A DNA stretch of 50,015 nucleotides from assembly GCA_038207335.1 (NCBI GenBank), contig JBBQZX010000035.1, positions 1 through 50,015 on the forward strand. Direction: 5' to 3'. This DNA is from Chthoniobacterales bacterium (GTDB lineage Bacteria; Verrucomicrobiota; Verrucomicrobiia; Chthoniobacterales; Chthoniobacteraceae). Below the pieces are notes generated by a model, which was not told the DNA's origin, did not search any database, and worked only from the letters and a program-made list of their open reading frames with translations. The position numbers and the translations under genes were made by a program. Shown in pieces: positions 12,517-20,697 of the stretch (within the stretch, counting starts at the first letter, position 1; each line of letters starts with the position of its first letter).

Positions 12517-12978
12517 TTAGGGCTGGTCGGGGATCTCCGGTTCGACGAGTTGGGCGAGGAGGGTGAGGGATTCCTGCCAGCCCATGTAGCAGGCGGCGGT
12601 GGGGATTTGCGGGGGGATTCCTGCTTGGGTTATGTCGAGCTCGGTGGCGCAGAAGACTTGCCGAAGGGCGATGGTGACTTGCATTTCGCCGGGGAGATTG
12701 GGGTCGTCGAATGTGTCGGAGTGGCGGATGAGTTCGTTCGGCTTGAGTTCGTGATAGGTGCCTCCGAATGAGTGGCTCCTGCCGGTGGTGAAATTGGTAA
12801 ACGACATGCGGTAGCTGCCGCCTTCACGGGCGTCGAGGGAATGGACTTTGGCGGTGAACCCGTGCGGAGGCAGCCACTTTGCCAGGGCGTCGGCGTCGAG
12901 AAAGGCGCGATAGACTCGCTCCGGAGTCGCTCGGAGTACGCGGTGGAGTCGGACGGTGTTGGTGTTTTGGTTAAGCAT
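12517..12978 (-). CDS. SRPBCC/AHSA1-family protein
   Basis: VRLHRVLRATPERVYRAFLDADALAKWLPP...GGSYRMSF...GWQESL. Confidence 0.92.
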   Translation of the reverse strand: MLNQNTNTVRLHRVLRATPERVYRAFLDADALAKWLPPHGFTAKVHSLDAREGGSYRMSFTNFTTGRSHSFGGTYHELKPNELIRHSDTFDDPNLPGEMQVTIALRQVFCATELDITQAGIPPQIPTAACYMGWQESLTLLAQLVEPEIPDQP

Positions 12979-13026
12979 ATAGGGTGGGAGTTTGGTTTCG
13001 ATTTTACGACGAACGGCGCGGGTGGT

Positions 13027-13935
13027 TCAGGACATCGGCGTGCGTTCCACCTCGGACGGTGGCGAAGGCACGGGCTCGGTGTCGTGGATGCGGCCGTAAT
13101 CGACCTGAAGCTGGCCATTTTCGCGCTCCTCGTAGATGTCCACGAAGCGGTGGCCCCAGCGGATTTCTTGGAAGCTATAGTCCTGCTGGCTCTGGACGGA
13201 GGCGGCCATGACGGTCTCGATGGAGCTGAGTGAGGCGATGAAGAAGGCGTCGCATTTCTCCAAGGACTCTGGAGTTTCTCCATCGAGGATGCTCCCGGGC
13301 TTGATGGTGTGTCGGATGGTGAGCGCCGCGGGGAAGCGGGCCATTTCCTCAGGATAAAGTTTCAGCGTGTAGAAGCGGCGGATGATTTCGCCCTCGCGCA
13401 CTTTTTCGTCGCGAGAAAAGGTGAGGCGAAAGCGCGCCTCGACCATGCTGGTGTGGCGGAGATTCGCCACGCGGATCATGACGGTAGGTTTGCCATCGTG
13501 CTGGCCGATGAGGATGGAGCGGCTGAAGAGGATGCGCGCGGTGGGGCGCGAGAAGCGGACGAAGATGAGGCCGGTGATGACGGCGATCCAGATCATGCCG
13601 ACGAAGACTTCCACCGTGACGATGGCGTGGCCGTAGAGGGTGGCGGGATACATGTGCCCGTAACCGACGGTGGCGAGGTTCTCGATGCTGAAGAAGAAGG
13701 CCTCGGGCAGGGAGCCGGGGGGCATCTCGCCGATGCAGGCGCCGTCGACGGCATAGAGGACGGCGAAGAGGCAGTTCAGCAGAAGGTAGGTAGCGAGGAG
13801 GAAGAGGGCGAAGCGCGGCCAGGTGAGGGAGAGGACCCAGTGGTAGCCATCGCGCCAGTCCGGCCGGGCGGCGTTGATTTTGAGGAATTCGATGCGACCG
13901 GAGCGGATGGGAATGGGAGCTCGGCGGAAGAACAT
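13027..13935 (-). CDS. Inward-rectifier potassium channel (KirBac-like)
   Basis: DGYHWVL, two TM helices, AFFFS..LATVGYG selectivity filter, FVRFSRP.ARILFS and a cytoplasmic Kir domain. Start placed at ATG 13935. Confidence 0.9.
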   Translation of the reverse strand: MFFRRAPIPIRSGRIEFLKINAARPDWRDGYHWVLSLTWPRFALFLLATYLLLNCLFAVLYAVDGACIGEMPPGSLPEAFFFSIENLATVGYGHMYPATLYGHAIVTVEVFVGMIWIAVITGLIFVRFSRPTARILFSRSILIGQHDGKPTVMIRVANLRHTSMVEARFRLTFSRDEKVREGEIIRRFYTLKLYPEEMARFPAALTIRHTIKPGSILDGETPESLEKCDAFFIASLSSIETVMAASVQSQQDYSFQEIRWGHRFVDIYEERENGQLQVDYGRIHDTEPVPSPPSEVERTPMS

Positions 13936-13996
13936 GCAGGGGCGAAAGATGCCGACGGAGCCGTGGTGTGTCGCGCGCGAAAATGCGACGCTTGAA

Positions 13997-14016
13997 ATGC
14001 AACCCAATGGTTGCAT
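13997..14016. promoter_or_regulatory. Perfect palindromic operator, probably for the adjacent ArsR regulator
   Basis: ATGCAACC-CAAT-GGTTGCAT, 12 nt before the arsR start and overlapping TTGAAA (13992-13997, -35-like). Confidence 0.8.
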
Positions 14017-14028
14017 ATATGTCGTGTG

Positions 14029-14373
14029 TTGGATGCAGTTTTCAAAGCGTTAGCCGATCCGAGTCGCCGAAAGTTGCTGGATGCCTTGCACACGAACAAC
14101 GGTCAGACGTTGTCCGAACTTTGCGCGCATCTGGCGATGACCCGGCAGGCGGTGACGAAGCATTTGTCTCTTCTCGAAGAGGCAAATCTCGTGGCCACGG
14201 TATGGCGCGGACGCGAGAAGCTGCATTTTCTCAATCCGGTGCCGCTGCACGAGATCTACGAGCGCTGGATTGCCAAATATGAACGCGACCGCCTCGACGC
14301 GATGAGCGCTCTGAAGAGAGATCTCGAAGACACGAAACCAAACAAACCAAAACCAAATAAAGATCATGGATAA
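14029..14373 (+). CDS. ArsR/SmtB-family transcriptional regulator
   Basis: (TTG)DAVFKALADPSRRKLLDAL...MTRQAVTKHLSLLEEANLV...GREKLHFLNPVP. Confidence 0.92.
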   Translation: MDAVFKALADPSRRKLLDALHTNNGQTLSELCAHLAMTRQAVTKHLSLLEEANLVATVWRGREKLHFLNPVPLHEIYERWIAKYERDRLDAMSALKRDLEDTKPNKPKPNKDHG

Positions 14374-14815
14374 GAGCACATTCGTTTACGTCACCTACAT
14401 CCGAACGACGCCGGAGAAGCTGTGGGCGAAACTCACTGAAACCGAGATCCCCCGGGAATTCTTCTGGGCGACGGCGCTGCATGCGGAATGGAAAGTCGGC
14501 GGGGCTTGGAAAAGCACTGCGCCAGATGGCACGCTGGTAGATGGTGGTGAAATCCTGGAGCTGGATGCGCCTAAGCGGCTGGTGCTGAGCTGGCGCCATG
14601 AGATGCAGCCCGAGAAGAAAGAAGAGGGCTATTCTCGCATGACCTACGAACTGGAGCCGAAGGGCGAAGCTGTGAAGTTGACTGTGATCCACGAGATGGA
14701 CCACGGGCAATCGAAGTTCATCCAAGCCGTCTCGAATGGCTGGCCGACAATCCTCTCCAGCCTCAAGAGTCTGCTGGAAACGGGTGACGCGCTGGAGGAG
14801 ACGCGAAGCTGGTAG
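14366..14815 (+). CDS. SRPBCC-family protein (ArsR-SRPBCC pair)
   Basis: FVYVTYIRTTPEKLW...GEILE...GWPTILSSLKSLLETG. Overlaps the arsR stop. Confidence 0.92.
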   Translation: MDKSTFVYVTYIRTTPEKLWAKLTETEIPREFFWATALHAEWKVGGAWKSTAPDGTLVDGGEILELDAPKRLVLSWRHEMQPEKKEEGYSRMTYELEPKGEAVKLTVIHEMDHGQSKFIQAVSNGWPTILSSLKSLLETGDALEETRSW

Positions 14816-14817
14816 CA

Positions 14818-14880
14818 CCCTCCCCCGCCCCGGTGATTTGCTTCGCGTTGAAGCGAAGCCGGGGCGGGCTGCGGGGAGGG
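14818..14880. terminator. Long GC hairpin after the arsR-SRPBCC operon
   Basis: CCCGCCCCGG...GCTTCGC-GTTGAA-GCGAAGC-CGGGGCGGG, between convergent genes. Confidence 0.5.
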
Positions 14881-14909
14881 CATTCGGGTGCGAATGAGAC
14901 GGCGAAGCG

Positions 14910-14936
14910 GTAGGTGGGATCGCCGATCCCGGCTAC
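14910..14936. repeat. GTAG-type REP-like palindrome
   Basis: GTAGGTGGGATCGCCGATCCCGGCTAC: starts with GTAG on both strands, with inner palindrome GGGATCG-C-CGATCCC. Confidence 0.55.
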
Positions 14937-14980
14937 AACATCGGCCCGCTTCTCAACGCTTTTCCTAGCTCGCTGGTTTG

Positions 14981-17560
14981 CTACTTACCCCGCGCGGCAT
15001 TCGTCCGCGTGCGCTCACCGGTGATGCGTGTCATTTCGCTTTGCTGGCTGGCGGCGATGACGAGGTCGGCGACGCGACGGCGCAGGCGCCAGGCTCGGGA
15101 GTAGAGTGTGGCGGCGAAGAAGAGGTAGAGGAGCCAGAGAAGGATATCGCGATGGGAGGTGAAGGCCTGGCGGTAGAGGAGGGCGGTGAGGATAACGATG
15201 TTTACGAGGAAGTTGTTGGCGACCATCTTGTAGCTGAGTCGGACGCGGGTGAGGCATTTGGGGCCGCCGTGGTATTCGGTGACGGTGTGGAGGGCGATGC
15301 TCCACCAGAGGTTGCCGTAGATGAGGACGTCCCACGGTTTCCAGCCAGTGTCGGTGGAGTAGCGCCAGCCTTCGTTTTCCAGGAGGGCGAAGATGTGGGT
15401 GAGGAGGAGTTCGCGGCCCTGGCCGGTCTCGCTCCAGAAGTGGAGCAGTCGGGTGCCGCCGCGATGGCTGGCGGGGGTGAGGCCTTCCTCTTTTGCGGCA
15501 ATGACTGCAGCCGGAGTGCGCTTATATTTTAGCCAAGTGAAGTAGCGGGCCCAACCGCGGCCGAGGGGCTGCATGATAGCGAGAAAGGCTACAAGCAGAC
15601 GCGCGGGAATGGTATCGAAGCGAGGCTCAATGCGAGCACCGACCATGTAGCTGAGGGCGACGAGGAATGTGCCGCCAAGCATGAGGAGTGGGACGATGCG
15701 AAGATTTGGAAAAGCGATGGTGACGACAAAGATGAACGCCGTGAGTGCGACCCACTCGATGCTGCTGAGGTACGCGGCAAGGACGCTCTGAGAGGCAGGG
15801 TAGATGGACTGGAAGAGGCCCTGGCCGAAGACGCCGTGGTAGATGATGGGGCGGTTGAGCAGCCAGGTGAAGCGTGGGGCGCCGTAGATTTGGCCTTTCC
15901 ACTTTGCCTGGCCGGTGGGGCCGAAAAAGATGAGGTGCTTGAAGCGGAGCATGGCTTCGGCTTCGCCGTAGCCTTCCTGCTGCTTGCGAAATGCGTGGAG
16001 AGTGAAACGCCGGTAGTGCCAGACGATGGCGCTGGGGCTGAAGGCAATGACGCCGCCGAGGCTCTGGAGACGCCAGCAAAAATCGACGTCGTCGCCGGCC
16101 TTCCGATACTCGGGGTCGAAGCCGCCGACGCTGTCGAAAGCCCACCGGTGGAATGCCATATTGCAGCCGGGAATGTGCTCGGCAATGACGTCGGTCAGGA
16201 GGACGTGGCTGGGGCCACCGGGGGCGGCGGCGACGGCGGCCTGGATCCAATTGACGGCGGGCGGGGAGATATTTGGGCCGCCGACGCCGGCGAAATCGCC
16301 GCTGAGGAGCGTGCCGACGAGGTAGTAGAGCCAGTCGGGGTCGGGCATGCAGTCGGAGTCGGTGTAGGCGAGGACTGCCCCGGTGGCGGCGTGGGCGCCG
16401 GCGTTGCGGGCGTAGCTGAGGCCCATATTCGACTGGATGACGCTGACGAATTCCGGCCCGGCTGTGGCGTGCCGGTCGGCGAGCCAGGTGGCGACGATTT
16501 GCTGCGTGTCGTCTTTGGAGCCGTCATCGACGAGGACGATTTCGAAATGGCGGTAGTTGACGAGGTCGAGGGCGCGGAGGCAGTCGCCGAGGGTTTTGCC
16601 GCCGTTGTAGCTGCACACGATGACGCTAACTTTCGGATACTCGCGGAGGGCGACGCGGGAGGTGACGAGGCCGCCGTCGGCGAGTTTTTCCCGCAAGATA
16701 CCGAAGGCTTTCTTCGGCTGGCGGTCGCGGGTGACGAGGCCGAATTCCCAGTCAAGGATTTCGTTGCCGCCGGTGAACCATTCGTCGGTCCAAGAGAAAA
16801 AGATGGTGCCGGCGGCGCCGCCTTTCACGACGACGTCGAGGTGCCAGTCGAGGACTTCGGCCTGCATGTCCTGGCCTTTGCGGAGGGTGTCGAGGCCGAA
16901 TTCGCCCAGGATGAGGGGCTTGTCCTCGGCGAGGTTCTGGAGGCGCGCGAGGTATCGCTCGAAGTCGAGCTGGCTCTCGAGATAGACGTTGAAGCTGTAG
17001 AAATCGACGTTCTGCGGGAGAAGGTACTCGGTGGGGGGGTAGCTGGCGTAGCTGTAGAGCGGACGCGGATCGGTCTCGCGGGCAACGGAGATGAGCTTTT
17101 CTAAGAACTCAACGACGCCGGTCGCGCCGAGCCAGCGGACCATGGTAGTGGGGACTTCATTCCCGACGAAGTAGGCGAAGATGGCGGGGTGGCCCTTGTG
17201 CTTGGCGACGGCGGTGCGGACGGTCTCGATGATTTGCCCGCAGAGTTTGCGGTTGTTGAGGAATTCGACGTGCTGTGTCCAGGGGATGGAGACGAGGATG
17301 CGGAGACCGTGGGCCGCCGCGAGGTCGAGGAGCCAGCCGGGCGGGGCGTGGTAGAGGCGGATTAAATTCACGCCGAGGTCGCGCATGAGGGTGAAGTCGG
17401 CGCGGGCTTGCTCGGGCGTGGAGATCAAGTCGCCATCGGCGTTGGGCTTGAAGGGGCCGTAGGTGACGCCCTTCATGAACCATTTGCGCTCGCCCTCGAA
17501 AAAGAACTTCGCACGGACGCGGATGGGCTCGAGCGAAGTGGGTGTGATGGGATCTGGCAT
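14981..17560 (-). CDS. Fused glycoside hydrolase (GH2/GH-A-like TIM barrel) + GT2 glycosyltransferase with C-terminal TM helices
   Basis: Start ATG 17560 (MPDPITP); the upstream extension in the track overlaps hemL. KGVTYGPF, VGNE (acid/base), LGEFG (nucleophile). GT2 motifs VSVIVCSYN, VDDGSKD, GLSYARN, TDSD, GDDVDFCWRL. Confidence 0.88.
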   Translation of the reverse strand: MPDPITPTSLEPIRVRAKFFFEGERKWFMKGVTYGPFKPNADGDLISTPEQARADFTLMRDLGVNLIRLYHAPPGWLLDLAAAHGLRILVSIPWTQHVEFLNNRKLCGQIIETVRTAVAKHKGHPAIFAYFVGNEVPTTMVRWLGATGVVEFLEKLISVARETDPRPLYSYASYPPTEYLLPQNVDFYSFNVYLESQLDFERYLARLQNLAEDKPLILGEFGLDTLRKGQDMQAEVLDWHLDVVVKGGAAGTIFFSWTDEWFTGGNEILDWEFGLVTRDRQPKKAFGILREKLADGGLVTSRVALREYPKVSVIVCSYNGGKTLGDCLRALDLVNYRHFEIVLVDDGSKDDTQQIVATWLADRHATAGPEFVSVIQSNMGLSYARNAGAHAATGAVLAYTDSDCMPDPDWLYYLVGTLLSGDFAGVGGPNISPPAVNWIQAAVAAAPGGPSHVLLTDVIAEHIPGCNMAFHRWAFDSVGGFDPEYRKAGDDVDFCWRLQSLGGVIAFSPSAIVWHYRRFTLHAFRKQQEGYGEAEAMLRFKHLIFFGPTGQAKWKGQIYGAPRFTWLLNRPIIYHGVFGQGLFQSIYPASQSVLAAYLSSIEWVALTAFIFVVTIAFPNLRIVPLLMLGGTFLVALSYMVGARIEPRFDTIPARLLVAFLAIMQPLGRGWARYFTWLKYKRTPAAVIAAKEEGLTPASHRGGTRLLHFWSETGQGRELLLTHIFALLENEGWRYSTDTGWKPWDVLIYGNLWWSIALHTVTEYHGGPKCLTRVRLSYKMVANNFLVNIVILTALLYRQAFTSHRDILLWLLYLFFAATLYSRAWRLRRRVADLVIAASQQSEMTRITGERTRTNAARGK

Positions 17561-17573
17561 CGGATGACTAGCT

Positions 17574-17637
17574 GTAGCACAAGCCTCCGGCATGTGTATC
17601 GCAGAGCCGCAGAGGCACAAGCCGGAGGCTTGCGCTA
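17574..17637. repeat. REP doublet (REPIN-like inverted pair)
   Basis: GTAGCACAAGCCTCCGGCATGTG ... CACAAGCCGGAGGCTTGCGCTA, 20/22 complementary. The right arm supplies the hemL TAG stop. Confidence 0.65.
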
Positions 17638-18918
17638 TCGCATAGCGAGACTCCGCGCGGCGATTTCTGCGGTCTTTGCGATGTCCTCGTTCGTGTGCGC
17701 GAGCGAGAGGAAGCCGGCCTCGAATTGCGACGGCGCGAAGTAAACGCCGGCCTCGCGGCACGCGTGGAAATATCTCGCAAACCCCTCGCGGTCGCTGCGC
17801 TGTGCGTCGGCGAGGTTCCAGATTTCGCCGCTCGCGAAATAGAGACAGAACATGGAGCCGATACGATGGAAGACGTAGTCGCGCCCACTTTTTTTCAGCG
17901 CAAAACGCACGCCTTCCTCGAACTCCGCGCCGAGTTCCTCGAGCCGCGTCCACGCATCGACGCGCGCGAGCTCGCGCAACTGAGCGAGTCCCGCGGCCAT
18001 CGCGAGCGGATTCCCCGAAAGCGTTCCTGCCTGATACACCGGCCCGAGCGGCGAGAGCTGATCCATGATTTCCGCCGCGCCGCCGAATGCCCCGACCGGC
18101 AGCCCGCCACCGATGATTTTCCCCAGCGCAGTGAGGTCCGGCGAGATCCCGCACCGCTCCTGATACCCGCCGCGCGCGAGTCGGAAGCCGGTCATCACTT
18201 CATCGAAAATCAGCACGACGCCATACTGCGAGCAATGCTGCCGCAGCACCTCGAGAAAGCCCTCGCGCGGCAGGTAGAGCCCCGCATTCGCAGGCACGGG
18301 CTCGACGATCACCGCCGCGATTTTGCTCCCCTCCGCCATGAAGACCGAGCGCAGCGCGGTCACGTCGTTGAAGGGCAGCGTGATCGTCAACTCCGCGAGC
18401 GCCGCCGGCACGCCCGCGCTGTCCGGTTGCCCGAGCGTGAGCGCACCGCTCCCCGCTTTCACCAAAAGCGAATCAACATGTCCGTGGTAGCACCCCTCGA
18501 ACTTCAGCACCTTGTCCCGCCCGGTAAATCCTCGCGCCAGTCGGATGCACGACATCGTCGCCTCCGTGCCGCTGTTCACCATCCGTACCTTCTCGATCGA
18601 CGGCACCCACTCGGTGATCGTGCGCGCCATTTCCACCTCCAGCGGATTCGGAATCCCGAAGCTCACACCCCGCGAAGCAGCCTCCACAATAGCTTCGCGG
18701 ACGACATCCGGCGCGTGCCCAAGGATCGCCGGCCCCCAGGTCCCGACGTAATCGACATACTCATTTCCATCGACATCCCAGATGTGCGCCCCCTCCGCGC
18801 GCTCGACGAAAAACGGCTCGCCGCCGACTCCGCGAAACGCGCGCACCGGCGAATTCACGCCGCCCGGAATGAGTTGGCAGGCTTCAGCAAAAAGTTCGTG
18901 CGAGCGGTCGTTGTTCAT
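17635..18918 (-). CDS. hemL: Glutamate-1-semialdehyde 2,1-aminomutase
   Basis: [64 protein letters not shown]. Start ATG 18918. Confidence 0.97.
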   Translation of the reverse strand: MNNDRSHELFAEACQLIPGGVNSPVRAFRGVGGEPFFVERAEGAHIWDVDGNEYVDYVGTWGPAILGHAPDVVREAIVEAASRGVSFGIPNPLEVEMARTITEWVPSIEKVRMVNSGTEATMSCIRLARGFTGRDKVLKFEGCYHGHVDSLLVKAGSGALTLGQPDSAGVPAALAELTITLPFNDVTALRSVFMAEGSKIAAVIVEPVPANAGLYLPREGFLEVLRQHCSQYGVVLIFDEVMTGFRLARGGYQERCGISPDLTALGKIIGGGLPVGAFGGAAEIMDQLSPLGPVYQAGTLSGNPLAMAAGLAQLRELARVDAWTRLEELGAEFEEGVRFALKKSGRDYVFHRIGSMFCLYFASGEIWNLADAQRSDREGFARYFHACREAGVYFAPSQFEAGFLSLAHTNEDIAKTAEIAARSLAMR

Positions 18919-19011
18919 GAAGGCCGGGAATGAACCACGAAGGCGAGGAGGCACAAAGCGGATTGAGTCGCTCGCCACTCCCCGAGCTTCGTGGTTCAAA
19001 ATCGCGCCCGC

Positions 19012-19482
19012 ATGTTTCACGTCGTCCTCGTCGAGCCGGAAATCCCGCCGAACACCGGCAGCGTCGGTCGCCTCTGCCTCGGCGCGGAGTCGCACCTGCA
19101 TCTCGTGAAACCACTCGGCTTCAGCATCGACGACAACACGGTGCGCCGCGCCGGACTCGACTACTGGCAGCACGTCACGCTCACCGTCTGGGAATCCTTC
19201 GACGCCCTCCGAGCCGCTCAGCCACAGGACGCGCGGTTCTTTTTCCTCACGACAAAAACGACGCGCAAATTCTGGGACGCCGAGTTCCGCGACGGCGATT
19301 TCCTCGTCTTCGGCCGCGAGACGAAAGGCCTCCCCGAGCCGCTGCTCGCCGCGAATCCCGACCACTGCCTCACCATCCCGATGGGACCAAAAACGCGCAG
19401 CCTGAATCTCGCGACCGCCGTCGGGATCGTGCTTTTCGAGGCGCTTCGCCAGGTCCGCTACGGCACGACCGACACGCGGTAA
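19012..19482 (+). CDS. trmL: tRNA (cytidine/uridine-34 2'-O)-methyltransferase
   Basis: [34 protein letters not shown]...RSLNLA (SPOUT). Confidence 0.93.
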   Translation: MFHVVLVEPEIPPNTGSVGRLCLGAESHLHLVKPLGFSIDDNTVRRAGLDYWQHVTLTVWESFDALRAAQPQDARFFFLTTKTTRKFWDAEFRDGDFLVFGRETKGLPEPLLAANPDHCLTIPMGPKTRSLNLATAVGIVLFEALRQVRYGTTDTR

Positions 19483-20697
19483 AATCGAGGCGTACTCGTC
19501 GCCGCCGCGTCCGCGACACTCGTGCTGGGACCGGCCGACGCGACCGTCCCGCTGACCGGAGTAAATGGTGTCGCGAGATCCATCGTCGCTTCGACGCGAT
19601 ACATTTTCCCCCGTGCGCTCGTCCACGTCACGGTCACATGGGTCGCGTCGATGCGGTTCATCTCGGTGATGCGAAACTGCGACACCGAATCGAGCGGATT
19701 TATCCCCGCGAGATCCTCGGCAGCGTTGCTCATCCCGTCGCCGTCATCGTCCGCGAATGCACTCAGGCGCTTGATCTGCGGACTAGTGGCGCTCGTAGGC
19801 TCGCCCTGATTCGTGTCGCTCGGGTTGACCGCCTGCACCGCGACGCTGTCCGCAAATCCCCACATCCCCATCGATCGCCGTCGTCGTCTCGCTCGTCGTG
19901 AAAGCGCTCGCCACGGCTCCATTCCGCATCACCGTGACCCGATAACTCGGCGCGACTCCCTCGCTGTCCGGGGGCACTGCGGCCCGCGAAAAATTGATCA
20001 AGCGGCCGATCGCGTAGCCGAGGCCATTCGGCCCGCTCGGCTGCGCGGGCGCGGCGCTCGGCGCGGTCGTGTCGAGTAGCTTCAAAACCGCGCTGTGCTC
20101 CACACCATTTCGCGCGCCTTCTTCGGCGAGACGACGATCGCGTGATCCCGGTGCCCACCTTCATCGTTAAAATAATGGCACGTCCCGGCTTGTTCGCCGT
20201 TCAACCGATACCTCGACGTGAGCCGATACGCGCCCGTCTTCGCGAGCCCGATATTTGAGGCGTTCAGTGTGAGTTGAAAGCCGCCCGTGACCGGCGTCAT
20301 CGCCAGCGCCTTGAAATATTTCGAGTCGTCGCCCGCGGCAAAATTAGCGGCATTCGGCGCCTTGATTCCGTCCTCGATTCCGTGACCATTCGCGTCGAGT
20401 TGCGCGCGGTCACGGCGATTCAGATTGGTGAGGATTTCCGCAGTCGCGACGCCGGTGGTCTGCGGGTCGAAAAACGCATTCACGACGACCGCGTCGCCCG
20501 CGACTTCATCGACGAAGACATGCGTGGTGCTGTAGTCGGCGTTCAGGGGCTCGCCGCCGTTTCAAGCTGACGGTCAGGGTCGAGGCCGATGCGACTGATG
20601 AGGCGAAGAAAATCGCGAATAGAATCGCAGCGCACGCAGCCACGCCGGGTATCGTTCGCCTTTCGCTCGTCAACATCGGCGACGACACGGATTTCAT
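19458..20697 (-). pseudogene. Fragmented, probably internally deleted large secreted protein coupled to the giant amylase gene
   Basis: ATG 20697 overlaps the amylase TGA (ATGA) and is followed by a signal peptide. Frameshift at ~20560 into ...NGGEPLNADYSTTHVFVDEVAGD...TNLNRRD...KTGAYRLT...RDHAIVVSP. Frame break at ~20100 into LKLLDTTAP; another at ~19860; ends DDDGDGMSN...RFYRVSVVP. Confidence 0.75.

Noticed and set aside
17561..18154. N-terminal extension of the GH-GT2 ORF (1057 aa in the track)
   Set aside because: Overlaps hemL in another frame and crosses the REP. The real start is most likely ATG 17560.
18919..19626. N-terminal extension of hemL (663 aa in the track)
   Set aside because: It is antisense to trmL, and HemL homology starts at MNNDRS (18918).
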